The notes under the pieces: model-generated
Databases searched by the model: none
What the model saw: only the letters and a program-made list of their open reading frames with translations
Told to the model about the DNA's origin: nothing
Part shown: piece after piece, positions 9,491 to 20,384 of the stretch
How positions within the stretch are numbered: the first letter of the stretch is position 1
How the letters are laid out: every line of letters begins with the position of its first letter
Position numbers and translations under genes: made by a program
IMG/VR virus record: IMGVR_UViG_3300028864_000014
Span: 62,001-126,000 of that record
DNA: 64,000 bases
Strand: one strand, 5' to 3'

Positions 9491-11644
9491 TTATATATTA
9501 GAATTTTTACCACCGTCAATTAATGTATATAATAACGGAGGATTATTTGGTCCAGGTAAACTAACATCTAATCCAGAATCCATAATATCTCCTAATTCAT
9601 TTCCTTTCATACCATTCAAAGAATCTTCATCACCTCCATTCAAAACATTCCAATAAATTTCAATGGTAGAACCAGACAATACTGTTAAAGGAACTGGTAA
9701 TCTTGATTTTCTATCAGAACCAATATATACCAATTCAATTGTAGAAAAATATAAAAGAGGATCAGCATTTTTATCAATATTAGATCCTAAATTGAATAAC
9801 TTTAATATGAATTCATTATTTTCATTTTCATATAATAGTCCAGTAGCGTACAATCTAAAATACTTATCTAATACTAAAATATCAGCATATGATTTACAGA
9901 TATATTTTCTTTCATTATCATTTTTTTGAATATACCAATCATATGGAACATTCATATAAACTTGATATAATATATCTGATATGTTTAATAAACCATCTAT
10001 ATTTTGAATTGATATTATATCAGTAGCAGGATAAAAAGGAAATGATGAAGGTTTTTCAATTATCATTTCTGTATCATGAACACTATAAATTAAAGACTTA
10101 CCATTAATTATTACTCCTGATATATTAATATATGTATATTCTTTAAATTTATTTAATAATCCTCCTTGTGCATAAATAATTCTTATTCTATTATTATCAG
10201 TATATTGATATGTGAATCCAGTAAGTAAAAAATTATTATAAAGAGAATAATCTTCTTTGAATCCATTAGGTTCTAGTCTATTCAAATTATCGAATAACTT
10301 ATAACTAACATATTGATTATATGTAATAAAAGAATGATCAATCCAATTATTATTATCATTTAACGATATTTTCAATCCATCATAATCAAAATATTTATCA
10401 TATTCACAAATTTTTGCAGTAAATCTTATATCTAAATAATTTGTATTATAAGTTCTAACTTTTATATCATAATAATCAGAATATGGTGAGTTAAAAGACA
10501 ATTTATCAAGAGCATCTTCCCAACTTATTCCAACATTTAGATTTTCCACCGAAAATGAATTGGGTTTTAAATCATTCATTATTCTATTTGGAATAGTTTC
10601 TTCTAAAATTAAATAACCTGATTTAATATCCTTTATAAAGGTATTTAATTTTAGAATACTTATTGAATTTAAATCTAATGTATCACCACTATAAATATTT
10701 AACTCAATATAATCTCCTATCACACAATCAAAATATTGTGAATAAGGAATAGCAGTAAATCCTTTTAATATATTATTACTAATTTTATTGGTAATACCAG
10801 TAAATTCTGAACTAATAGTTAATCCTGATCTAATAATATATGAATTGTGATGATAATCTATTTTAGCAATTTCTGAAGATAAATACAAACTATTAATATC
10901 AAAATCTATTTCGTTATATTTTTCTGCATTAGTATTTAATTGTTTTCTTGCAACATCATAATCTGTAAAAAAAATTTTAGATGTACTTCCAGAATCCGAA
11001 TATAATCTTTCTAAATCATATTTAACTAAATTTTTAAGTATAAAAGATTTACCTTCAATAAAATATTTAACTTCTCCTGTAATTGGAAAAGTAGAACCTG
11101 CATTAGATAAAAAGAATTGTTTATCAGAATTATTACCTAATTTAACACTACAACTAAATTTATCAGATTTTTCTCTATTATTTAAAACATTAGAATTTAT
11201 TAAAAAATTTTTATTTGTTACAGTATAAATATCATTTTCTGACTCACTACCTATATTTTGATTTTTTAACAAAATTAAATGTCCTGGCTTGATATTAACT
11301 CCATTAATTTGAGTCCATTGTTTAGATATGTCAATGTGGGTATCTGCTGCTACATCTACAAATATTATATTTTTAAGTACTCTATCAATAACATCATATT
11401 CATTATACATATTAACAATAGAATAACCATCTCCTGTTAATAGATTTTCTTTATTATAAATATCATCTAAACTATTAATATATGTATATGTGACTCCTGT
11501 TAAATATTTATTAAATCTAAAATAAATATCTCCAACTGCAATAAATTTATCTTCATCATATTTAACAGAACGAGTTTTCTGAACAAATGTTCCATCATTT
11601 TGTTTAATCCAATCAAATTTTCTAGATTTTCTATTTTTTTGCAT
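9491..11644 (-). CDS. putative virion structural (tail/baseplate-associated) protein
   Basis: VDVAADTHIDI...INGVNIKPGHLILLKNQ...ENDIY resembles a recurrent phage tail-protein motif (IDGV.L..GDRVLVKNQ...ENGIY); preceded by TTTTTAATATATAC. Confidence 0.6.
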   Translation of the reverse strand: MQKNRKSRKFDWIKQNDGTFVQKTRSVKYDEDKFIAVGDIYFRFNKYLTGVTYTYINSLDDIYNKENLLTGDGYSIVNMYNEYDVIDRVLKNIIFVDVAADTHIDISKQWTQINGVNIKPGHLILLKNQNIGSESENDIYTVTNKNFLINSNVLNNREKSDKFSCSVKLGNNSDKQFFLSNAGSTFPITGEVKYFIEGKSFILKNLVKYDLERLYSDSGSTSKIFFTDYDVARKQLNTNAEKYNEIDFDINSLYLSSEIAKIDYHHNSYIIRSGLTISSEFTGITNKISNNILKGFTAIPYSQYFDCVIGDYIELNIYSGDTLDLNSISILKLNTFIKDIKSGYLILEETIPNRIMNDLKPNSFSVENLNVGISWEDALDKLSFNSPYSDYYDIKVRTYNTNYLDIRFTAKICEYDKYFDYDGLKISLNDNNNWIDHSFITYNQYVSYKLFDNLNRLEPNGFKEDYSLYNNFLLTGFTYQYTDNNRIRIIYAQGGLLNKFKEYTYINISGVIINGKSLIYSVHDTEMIIEKPSSFPFYPATDIISIQNIDGLLNISDILYQVYMNVPYDWYIQKNDNERKYICKSYADILVLDKYFRLYATGLLYENENNEFILKLFNLGSNIDKNADPLLYFSTIELVYIGSDRKSRLPVPLTVLSGSTIEIYWNVLNGGDEDSLNGMKGNELGDIMDSGLDVSLPGPNNPPLLYTLIDGGKNSNI

Positions 11645-11695
11645 CTATAAACTTTATTTCTTTAGTTGTATATATTAAAAATAAATAAGGTAATT

Positions 11696-11944
11696 ATGAA
11701 AGTCATAAAAAAAGGTAGCATTGTAACTCAGGATAAAAATTTTTTTTATTATTGGACATGTCCAAAATTTAAATTAGAAGTAATTAAAATTGATGGACGA
11801 ATAGCTTATTTTAAATATGACATTATAATGAAAAATTCAAATAATATAATGCAATCAACTAAAAGCATAAACATTGATTATATAAAAATAGACATATCAG
11901 AAACAAGAAAACAAAAATTATTAAAAATAAATGAGCGAATTTGA
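11696..11944 (+). CDS. hypothetical protein with RxxKL-type tag
   Basis: Likely start ATG 11696; ends ETRKQKLLKINERI. Confidence 0.7.
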   Translation: MKVIKKGSIVTQDKNFFYYWTCPKFKLEVIKIDGRIAYFKYDIIMKNSNNIMQSTKSINIDYIKIDISETRKQKLLKINERI

Positions 11945-12263
11945 TGAAATAAATTCCTTAAAAGAAGGAACAGAAAAAATAGATAAACTAATAAATTTCT
12001 ATAAAGTAACGGTAAAAATTAATGAATGGTTAAATGGGACAAATAAAAATTCTATTATACACTTCAAAGATAGAATTGAATATAAAAGAAATAATCAATA
12101 TCATAGACTAAATGGACCTGCTATTGATTATGAGAATGAAGACAAAAATAAATATTACTATAAGGGAATATTATACAATTCAAAAGATGAATGGTCGAAG
12201 ATTACACAAAAAGAAGTAAGAAAAACAAAACTAAAAAGAATAAAAAAAGAAAGTTCAGAATAA
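11931..12263 (+). CDS. HRxxGPA-motif protein with RxxKL-type tag
   Basis: YHRLNGPAIDY...YYYKG motif common in phage and giant-virus small proteins; ends EVRKTKLKRI. Confidence 0.7.
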   Translation: MSEFDEINSLKEGTEKIDKLINFYKVTVKINEWLNGTNKNSIIHFKDRIEYKRNNQYHRLNGPAIDYENEDKNKYYYKGILYNSKDEWSKITQKEVRKTKLKRIKKESSE

Positions 12264-12278
12264 TCTGAACTTTCTTTT
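12245..12278. terminator. bidirectional intrinsic terminator
   Basis: AAAAGAAAGTTCAGA-ATAA-TCTGAACTTTCTTTT between convergent genes. Confidence 0.8.
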
Positions 12279-12549
12279 ATTTTTTATAAATTATACAAAA
12301 TGGAGTATTATCACATATCTCTAAATAACTTTGATATTTTTTTCTCACCAATTCTGGATCAGGATTAGGATTAGAATCTGACAATGGAATTATCTTCTTT
12401 AATAATTTATAATTTATATCATTAGGCTCTCCTTTATATAAAACTTTATCTATTTTATCTGATAATATAAAATCAACAATATCTTCATTTAATTTTACTC
12501 TTTTATCATATGTTTTAAAATAAATATTTTCTTTAATATTAATTTCCAC
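12277..12549 (-). CDS. hypothetical protein
   Basis: 90 aa ORF with a GTG start. Confidence 0.55.
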   Translation of the reverse strand: MEINIKENIYFKTYDKRVKLNEDIVDFILSDKIDKVLYKGEPNDINYKLLKKIIPLSDSNPNPDPELVRKKYQSYLEICDNTPFCIIYKK

Positions 12550-12629
12550 AATAATTTCATTTTTTCTTAATATATAACTATTTAAGAAAAAAGTTTATAT
12601 TTCAAATGTTCATATCTAAATCAAATATA

Positions 12630-13691
12630 TTATACTATAAACCAATTATATCCATCAGTTATAAATGTTACAGTTTTATAAGCTGGTATAGAATACGGCG
12701 GAGCTACTCCATCAATATTACCGCCTAAAGAACCTACTGTTATAATTGATGAAGATGTGTTGATATATCTATATAAAGTTTTTATTACTCCATTTCCAGG
12801 ACTCATAAGGGATTCAGAATGAGTAGAAAATGTCGTTACTACAGTTTCAAAATTGCTCACTATATTTCTATTATAAAGTTGGTTATTAGAAATACAATTC
12901 TCAATTTTAAGCAATGGTAAATTTCCAGTAATTGTAATTTGAAATGTTCCACAATTCAATCCTTTTATAAATACATCATTTCCTGTAATATTTATTCCAT
13001 CTATCATCACATCAGCATTACCTGTAAGAGAAACAATATCAATCCACTGTCCATCAACTGTAAATTTATTTGTACCAAAAGTATAATTTGAAGGTGGTAC
13101 AATTATAGTGAATCTATTAGTTGCATCCGAGCTATAATCTCTGGCATTGGTATATGCATCTTGTAATTCAGCAGCATTAACATTAGAATCATAGCTATCA
13201 CCTTTTAATAGAATATAATTACTTCCCTGAAGACCACTCTTTGGTTCTTCAATCATCATTCTTAATACAGTACCTTGTGAAGCATCCAATGCGGTTCCAG
13301 TAGAACCCATAGTAAGATTGTTAGTTAACGTAATAGCTTCAATAAGATTTGATCCAGTACCACACCATAATTTATAATCTAAAATATTTACATATAATTC
13401 TCCTTTAATAGGACTGCCTTTTACAATCCATCCGGAACCAGTTTTTTTGTATATTAAACTTTGTGTAGTATTATAAGTTAAATCATTCAAATTACCTGCT
13501 TGAATAGGAAGATTAGTTGGACCAAAACTAATCAATTTATTGACCCTTCCAGACAATAATGGAGATTCCCAAAGCTGACTCACTGGTATTAAGTTATTCT
13601 CATAATTAGGATTTACACCGTCTATAGCACAAAACATTGTTGTATTGTCTATATTTATAATAGGTTTCTGAGACCATTTTTCATTTGCCAT
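12630..13691 (-). CDS. putative virion/tail-fibre-associated protein
   Basis: Rich in T, N, G and I; LQDAYTNA...TIIVPPSNY resembles the start of pectin-lyase-like folds; C-terminal DGYNWFI motif. Confidence 0.5.
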   Translation of the reverse strand: MANEKWSQKPIINIDNTTMFCAIDGVNPNYENNLIPVSQLWESPLLSGRVNKLISFGPTNLPIQAGNLNDLTYNTTQSLIYKKTGSGWIVKGSPIKGELYVNILDYKLWCGTGSNLIEAITLTNNLTMGSTGTALDASQGTVLRMMIEEPKSGLQGSNYILLKGDSYDSNVNAAELQDAYTNARDYSSDATNRFTIIVPPSNYTFGTNKFTVDGQWIDIVSLTGNADVMIDGINITGNDVFIKGLNCGTFQITITGNLPLLKIENCISNNQLYNRNIVSNFETVVTTFSTHSESLMSPGNGVIKTLYRYINTSSSIITVGSLGGNIDGVAPPYSIPAYKTVTFITDGYNWFIV

Positions 13692-13723
13692 ATTTTTTAT
13701 TTATTTTTTATACATTAAAAATA

Positions 13724-14626
13724 CTAATCAAATTTTTTCTTCAATTTTATATCTATATTACTCAAATATCCAGTTTTTATATGAACGTCATTTTCATCAT
13801 CATCAATAATATCATCAGTATCATATTCAAAATCAAAAATAAATAAGTCATAATCTTCTCTTTCTTTTGGTAATTTATCAAAATCATTATTCTTACTCAA
13901 ATACATATCATCATAATTCCAACCAACTACCAATTTATCTAATTCTTTATTTTTAATATTTAGTGGTTGATTATCTTCTATCATACCAGAATATTTAGAT
14001 GATTTATCTTTTTTGTATCCTCTCCAATATAAACAATAACCATGATTTATTTTTTTAATCGGATAATTAATAATACTATTAATCCATTCATCATCCTTTA
14101 TAATTTTAAATCCATCTTGAACATATATTTCTCCAAATAGTTCTTTTATTTTAGGTATGAATTTTTTAAGAAATTCAGGAATTGTCAATCTAACTCCATT
14201 ATAATATCCACCATCACTATCAAACCATCCAGAGTCTTTCAATCTTTCTATTTTTGATTTAATTATTATAAATTTTTTAGTATACTTACTAATATTTTTT
14301 ATTTTTTGAGTTTTTATCAATTCTTCATTTTCGTGAAACCATATTCGTTTTCTTGATCCATAACTTCCTACTTCAATTGAAGGGAATGCAAAAGGAGAAA
14401 TCTTATAATTATCACTTATTTTATCTCCATCTAATTCTAACTTAAATAAGGTAACAGGAGAATCACCAACATAATGATTCATACTTTTATTTCTTGTAGT
14501 TGAAATATTTGTAAATTTATAAGATGATATTGAATTTGTATTTAATATATATTCACACTTACTCAAATCAAATATATGATATAAACTACCCAATTGCTTA
14601 CCTTCATAACATTTTAAATACTTCAT
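13724..14626 (-). CDS. CTS-like protein with possible ADP-ribosyltransferase-like fold
   Basis: Starts MKYLKCYE; LYH, ISTTRN and ENEE occur in ART-like order. Confidence 0.45.
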   Translation of the reverse strand: MKYLKCYEGKQLGSLYHIFDLSKCEYILNTNSISSYKFTNISTTRNKSMNHYVGDSPVTLFKLELDGDKISDNYKISPFAFPSIEVGSYGSRKRIWFHENEELIKTQKIKNISKYTKKFIIIKSKIERLKDSGWFDSDGGYYNGVRLTIPEFLKKFIPKIKELFGEIYVQDGFKIIKDDEWINSIINYPIKKINHGYCLYWRGYKKDKSSKYSGMIEDNQPLNIKNKELDKLVVGWNYDDMYLSKNNDFDKLPKEREDYDLFIFDFEYDTDDIIDDDENDVHIKTGYLSNIDIKLKKKFD

Positions 14627-14648
14627 TTAGTTATTTATTTAATTTATA

Positions 14649-15074
14649 TTAAATATTGAATTTGCCTGCTATTGAATATAACTCAATATCAGATTCTTTC
14701 AAATTACGAATAATTTCAATCGCATCATTATAATATTTAACATCAAATGTAACAGAAAAATAATCCCAATAATTATCAATATGAGATTTATATGGCTCAA
14801 TTATAATATTATTTTCTATCAATTTATTTATAATTAAATCTGAAATAAATTCTATTTTAGGATCAAAATCATATGCAGTGAAACCTATACAAATTTTATT
14901 TTTATTTTTATTAATACTTATATAATTTTGATTTTTTTTATAATCATTACCTTCAAATTTAATTTCATTTTTTGATATGAAACAAGAAAAGTTATTATTT
15001 AATTTAAGACGCAAAGTATTTAATAATTCTGCTGAAAAAAATTTACTTTCGAATATTTTAAAATTTTTAATCAT
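14649..15074 (-). CDS. CTS-like/KFNI-tagged small protein
   Basis: Likely start ATG 15074 (MIKNFKIFES); ends AGKFNI. Confidence 0.75.
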   Translation of the reverse strand: MIKNFKIFESKFFSAELLNTLRLKLNNNFSCFISKNEIKFEGNDYKKNQNYISINKNKNKICIGFTAYDFDPKIEFISDLIINKLIENNIIIEPYKSHIDNYWDYFSVTFDVKYYNDAIEIIRNLKESDIELYSIAGKFNI

Positions 15075-15084
15075 ATTTTTCTTT

Positions 15085-15438
15085 TTATTCGTAAATTGAT
15101 TGTCCATGTTTATCATTATGTAAATCATGAATAGCAACAAAGTAATCACCACTAATATACAATGAATCCAATTTTATATACATATTAAAAATTACAGGAG
15201 TTTTAGATCCTGTCATCAAACTATATCTTCTGGCAATATCTATATCAGGAGAAAACCAAGTTCCATTTTTAAATTTACCTGTTCTTATTATTTTTTTTGA
15301 ATTCTCTCTATTTGTACCATGATACAATAAAATATATACATCACCGTCGATATACATTTTTTCAATTCCTCTATCAGTAACATTTTTTAAGTATTCATCT
15401 GACAAATGATTCTCATATATTTTAAATTCTATTATCAT
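15085..15438 (-). CDS. CTS-like protein with PARP/ART-like catalytic motifs
   Basis: Starts MIIEFKIYEN; LLYHGT...IIRTGKF..GTWFSPDIDIARRY. Confidence 0.55.
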   Translation of the reverse strand: MIIEFKIYENHLSDEYLKNVTDRGIEKMYIDGDVYILLYHGTNRENSKKIIRTGKFKNGTWFSPDIDIARRYSLMTGSKTPVIFNMYIKLDSLYISGDYFVAIHDLHNDKHGQSIYE

Positions 15439-15475
15439 AATATGTTATATATTATTTTTTACATATAAGAAATTG

Positions 15476-15490
15476 TTTTTTTATATATAT
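15476..15490 (+). promoter_or_regulatory. candidate phage late promoter
   Basis: TTTTTTTATATATAT 18 nt upstream of GTG 15509. Confidence 0.55.
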
Positions 15491-15508
15491 AAGAAAAAAC
15501 CAATTTCT

Positions 15509-18500
15509 GTGGACAATTCAAAGTATATTTTTTTCAATAAAGAAGGGTTTCCTCACAATTTTACATACAATAAATATTCTGAAAGTTGGAATGGTAAAAT
15601 AATATTTGATGAAAATTCAGATCAGACATTTAAAACACAAAGTTTATATATGTTTGAAAGTGTTAATCCAATAGATTTTACTGTTCCTGCAAATTTACTA
15701 TCAATGAACTATAACAATAATAGTGGAATGACAATTTCAGGATTATCTAAATCTGGTGATACTATTTATCAAAATGAAACAATAACCAACATAACAAAAG
15801 TCAATGATTCTACTGATTTTTATTCTAAGTGGATATATGGAATAGATTTTCATAAAAAATTCCCAGTAGGTACAGTGATTAATTTTTCAGGTATAACAAA
15901 CTCATCAGATTTTAGTAATGATAAATACTTCAATGTATTATCAGTTAAAAAGAACGCTTTTTTAATTATAACAAATACAAGTAATGACATTTTCAATTAT
16001 ACATTTTCATCTGGTACAACAAGTTCATTAAACATGATTTCTATTAATGATTATAATAGAAAATTATCAGATAATAATTTATTAATTCAAAATTTATATT
16101 CAGGAAAAGTTTTTTCATTAATAAACACTACACATAATGATGGAATTGTTAGTGTAATAGAATCTGGAACAACTAAATCATATTTAAATGAAATACAAAT
16201 TGATGATGAAATAGATAAAATTTTTACATTAACAATAGAATTATTCACTGAAAGACCAACTATTTTACAAAATAATATCATATTAAATTCTTCTTCATAC
16301 AATACTGGAACTCTTAATATTGGTAAATATGCATATTTATTAGCTCCTACTACAATTTATACAGAATCAGGAATAGAGCAATCTAAAATGAACGTAATAT
16401 TTGAAGATGATTTAGGTAATAAATTATTCAGTGGATATACTTTTACAATTGAATCATTAGTGACAGACAATATTTTAGGCGATAAATTTTTGAATTTCAA
16501 GACATTTTACGATTCATCTAATGTAAAATATAAATCATATAGTGTAACTAGTAATACAACACAATGGAACACTATTCAATTTGAAGGAACATTAGATATT
16601 AAAATTGGTAGTATAATACAACTAAATGGAGTAAAAGACATTAATAATACAGGTTCTACATTTTTAATGGATAATAGAGAATTTAGTGTCATAAATGTTA
16701 GTTATGATTTAAGTTCAGATACAACTATGTTATTTGTATCTGGGTATATTATAGATGAAAATAATTCAACTTATACAATAACACAGAAACTACAATCAAA
16801 TCAAATAAAAAATGTATATTTCACATCATCTGGTGACATATCTGAATTTAACAGAACTACAATTAGTAATGCATATTGTTATTCAACATCAAATATTATA
16901 AATTTATCACAAATGTATATTAGTGGAAAAACTAATAATATATCATATGATACTATAACAGTTTTTCTAAATAAATATAAAAACATATTAAATAGATATG
17001 GTATAGATGCTTATTATTCAAATAGAAATAATATTGATTATTTGTCTATTGAAAGTCTATATGGCACAAATAGTAATTATTTTTCAGTTTCTGGCTATTC
17101 AAATAGTGTTAAAATAAATGATAATTTTTATTTAACGAACAGCGGAACAACTACAAAATATGACATTATAATAAATGAAACTTTAATACAAGAAAAAACA
17201 AATAAATCTGATTTAGATTTATATAAAACTGATGCGCATTCAGAAATAGTACTAAGATTACAAAATGATAATGATAGATTTGGATTCAATTTAAAATTAA
17301 ATGGAAATGAATATAGCATAGGTTTTTCTATTGATTCACAAACTACTATTAATAATTTCATTAATACATACGGTGATATCATGTATAGTAATGGTTATAC
17401 TATATATAGTGGATATAGTATTAATCACACAGGTTATACTTTAAATATCAAGTCAGATAACGATATTTGGGATTTAGGCGTAATAATAAATATATTATCT
17501 ACATATGAAATAATTGAAAATCAAAGAAATAATGCGATATTATTATCTGGAAATGAAATAAAAACAGATACAAATCTATTTGATTTAAACTTGGCTACAG
17601 GAATGTTATTAAAAATTACAGGCAGTACATATGAAATTAATAACAAAGAATATAATATATTATATTTATCTGAATCAGCTATAATATTATCATATCAAGG
17701 AGTATTTAACACTGAATATAATTCAATAATTGGAGGAACAACAAGAGAGTTCATCAGAAAGCCAAGAGGAGAATATAATAAAGATGTATATTTAAAAGCA
17801 TACTGGGAAGTACCATATCAAGATGAAATTGATGAATCAATATTCTTCTATGATATATCTGGGGATCAACTAACTCCTTTTAATGACATTGATAAATTAA
17901 AATACACAGGACAAAAACCATTAATTGATTTAACTAATAATATAGTATTTCTTAATAATATACCAAATACTAATATTACACAGGTGAAAAATCCTAAATA
18001 TCAGCAAACAGTTTTTACTGGATTGACGTATAAATTAGAACAATTAGATTCATCAATTTCTCATAATTATATACCAGAGCCATTAGAAATTTTCATAGGA
18101 TATAATTCTACTGAAGAAGGTGTAAATACTAGAACATTAAAAATTGATAAAATTATAACTCCTGTGAATAATACTAATTATTTATCATTAAGTGGATATA
18201 CAAACTCTGGAAATACACTTTCATTGAATAATTTTACATTAAGTGGAAATGTTATTAATTTTTTATCTACATTTGATTTTAATTTTAAAAATTATTTTGA
18301 AATAGATCAACTAATAACAATAAAATTTGAAGACAAAAATAATAAAAATCAAATAATAAATGAAAATATAAACATCTATAAAATATCAGATTTAACAAGA
18401 AATAAAATATTTATTGACACTGGTTATACTTATGTAAATGATTCAAGTGGTTATACATATGATGACTCTGGATTTACATATTTTAATACTACTGGATCAA

Positions 18501-19762
18501 CATTTTATTATGACATTGAAATTCAGCCTAAAGAAATATTATCTTGTGTATTATATGGACAAACTGAGATCGAAGACATTAGATTTAAAGTAAATCTAAA
18601 TAATGTAGGGGTACAATTAGAAGATGATGTTTATAACATTTTATATCTATCTGATATTGAAGATAACGCAATAGATTATACTCTATTCAATCGCAAAAGA
18701 AAAGAAATGTTATTAAATTATAGAGAGGTTTATGATTATATTGGTTCATATAAAGCATTAATAAATGCTATCAATTTCTTTGGTTATAATGATTTATATT
18801 TATCAGAATATTACAGAAATATAGATAAATCATCAACACTTTACGGTAGTTTGCATAAAATATTAATTCCTGATATATTTGATAATAGTGTTCCTGGTTG
18901 GAATGAAACAGATTTTATAAGTAGTAAATATCAAAATAAAATATCATGGAAAAAAACAAATTTATTCAATCTATCATATTCAATAACTGATTACGATGGA
19001 AACAATATTTTAATCTATTCATTAGATGAAGTTCAAACAAAATTGACTAAATTAAAAACTTGGTTGAGAAGACATATAGTACCATTATCCACCAATTTAG
19101 TTGATATAACAGGAGTTTCTGATACTAGTCAAACACTATATCAAAATTATGATGAATCAAATCAAGTTAAAAAATCAGTAGTAGACAGAAGTTCATCAGT
19201 AGTAAATTTCAATTACACGGCAACTTTAAATTTTGGTTCAGATTATTTAGTTACTGTTAATTTCTATACTTTATTCGGTGCAACAGGCACTACAATAGAT
19301 AATAATGAAATACCTAATGAGTTTTCTGTTAAAATAAAAACTTTCTATCTTTCTGGTACAACATTTATTGAACCAACAGAAACTTTAATACCTGTTCAAT
19401 ATTTTAAATTACATAAAAATGATTTATCATCATTTAGTTTTAGTTTAAATAAAGATGTTGATCCATATATTTATGTTGAAACAACTACTTATGATAATGG
19501 AGGAAGTGGAATTGGATATGTTAATAATAAATTATTCTATTATGATGAGCCAAGAAATTATTGGTTAGTTAATAATAATTTTGATTTAACAAAAATGAAA
19601 TATTATCAAACTACTGATCATATAACAAATACTGTTCAATATTGGGACAATTCAAATGCTACTTATAATAATAGCAGCACAATTATTTCATCACCAGTGG
19701 AAACTATCGTAAAAGTAAATTCTTTAAATAAAACATACATATCTAAAATAATACCAAAATAA
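15509..19762 (+). CDS. large virion structural protein, probably baseplate wedge-type
   Basis: About 1417 aa, rich in N, S, T and Y. The GSYKALINAINFFGYNDLYLSEY segment resembles baseplate/tail-I-type domains. Likely start is GTG 15509. Confidence 0.55.
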   Translation: MDNSKYIFFNKEGFPHNFTYNKYSESWNGKIIFDENSDQTFKTQSLYMFESVNPIDFTVPANLLSMNYNNNSGMTISGLSKSGDTIYQNETITNITKVNDSTDFYSKWIYGIDFHKKFPVGTVINFSGITNSSDFSNDKYFNVLSVKKNAFLIITNTSNDIFNYTFSSGTTSSLNMISINDYNRKLSDNNLLIQNLYSGKVFSLINTTHNDGIVSVIESGTTKSYLNEIQIDDEIDKIFTLTIELFTERPTILQNNIILNSSSYNTGTLNIGKYAYLLAPTTIYTESGIEQSKMNVIFEDDLGNKLFSGYTFTIESLVTDNILGDKFLNFKTFYDSSNVKYKSYSVTSNTTQWNTIQFEGTLDIKIGSIIQLNGVKDINNTGSTFLMDNREFSVINVSYDLSSDTTMLFVSGYIIDENNSTYTITQKLQSNQIKNVYFTSSGDISEFNRTTISNAYCYSTSNIINLSQMYISGKTNNISYDTITVFLNKYKNILNRYGIDAYYSNRNNIDYLSIESLYGTNSNYFSVSGYSNSVKINDNFYLTNSGTTTKYDIIINETLIQEKTNKSDLDLYKTDAHSEIVLRLQNDNDRFGFNLKLNGNEYSIGFSIDSQTTINNFINTYGDIMYSNGYTIYSGYSINHTGYTLNIKSDNDIWDLGVIINILSTYEIIENQRNNAILLSGNEIKTDTNLFDLNLATGMLLKITGSTYEINNKEYNILYLSESAIILSYQGVFNTEYNSIIGGTTREFIRKPRGEYNKDVYLKAYWEVPYQDEIDESIFFYDISGDQLTPFNDIDKLKYTGQKPLIDLTNNIVFLNNIPNTNITQVKNPKYQQTVFTGLTYKLEQLDSSISHNYIPEPLEIFIGYNSTEEGVNTRTLKIDKIITPVNNTNYLSLSGYTNSGNTLSLNNFTLSGNVINFLSTFDFNFKNYFEIDQLITIKFEDKNNKNQIINENINIYKISDLTRNKIFIDTGYTYVNDSSGYTYDDSGFTYFNTTGSTFYYDIEIQPKEILSCVLYGQTEIEDIRFKVNLNNVGVQLEDDVYNILYLSDIEDNAIDYTLFNRKRKEMLLNYREVYDYIGSYKALINAINFFGYNDLYLSEYYRNIDKSSTLYGSLHKILIPDIFDNSVPGWNETDFISSKYQNKISWKKTNLFNLSYSITDYDGNNILIYSLDEVQTKLTKLKTWLRRHIVPLSTNLVDITGVSDTSQTLYQNYDESNQVKKSVVDRSSSVVNFNYTATLNFGSDYLVTVNFYTLFGATGTTIDNNEIPNEFSVKIKTFYLSGTTFIEPTETLIPVQYFKLHKNDLSSFSFSLNKDVDPYIYVETTTYDNGGSGIGYVNNKLFYYDEPRNYWLVNNNFDLTKMKYYQTTDHITNTVQYWDNSNATYNNSSTIISSPVETIVKVNSLNKTYISKIIPK

Positions 19763-19774
19763 ATATATAACAAC

Positions 19775-20080
19775 ATGACAGATTATGATACTCTTTATAT
19801 AAGAAGTTTTAGCGGTATGACTGGATCTACAATGAATAGTGGTATCACATCAAGTGGTACCACTGATTTTCATCAGTTTATAGATGAAAACGGTAATGTA
19901 TCTCAAATACCAAAAATTAAAAAAATAAGATATAAATATTACATTGACCCTGATACTCCTGATAGAATAATAACTGAATCTTGTGTAATAGGAGTAGATG
20001 ATGAAGAAAGTGGTCCATGTAGCTTCGGCGTAGCACTGGGCATTGGTGACGATACAATGTGCTTAGCTAAATATGATTAG
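19775..20080 (+). CDS. hypothetical protein, probably structural
   Basis: Rich in S, G and T; directly downstream of the large structural gene. Confidence 0.6.
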   Translation: MTDYDTLYIRSFSGMTGSTMNSGITSSGTTDFHQFIDENGNVSQIPKIKKIRYKYYIDPDTPDRIITESCVIGVDDEESGPCSFGVALGIGDDTMCLAKYD

Positions 20081-20384
20081 AAATATATTCTAAATATAAA
20101 TTATTCATAAATCTTTCAATATTAATACATATTGAAAATTTGCCATAGATATCATCTTTCTCATTATAACATCTGAATCCAACATTATCTACAAAAAACA
20201 ATCTAATAAGTTTATTATCAATTAATAAGCCTTGTCTTTTTGATAACATCTTAAGTTGTTCATCATCAAATTTAATCAATAAATTATCAATAGTATTATC
20301 AATGCTAATATCATATTTTTTGTTTTTAAGTTTTTCTAAACTATCTTTAAGTGAAAAAAAATCATTCATCATTTTTATCATCAT
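20067..20384 (-). CDS. hypothetical protein
   Basis: Part of an overlapping three-ORF minus-strand run. Confidence 0.6.
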   Translation of the reverse strand: MMIKMMNDFFSLKDSLEKLKNKKYDISIDNTIDNLLIKFDDEQLKMLSKRQGLLIDNKLIRLFFVDNVGFRCYNEKDDIYGKFSICINIERFMNNLYLEYISNHI

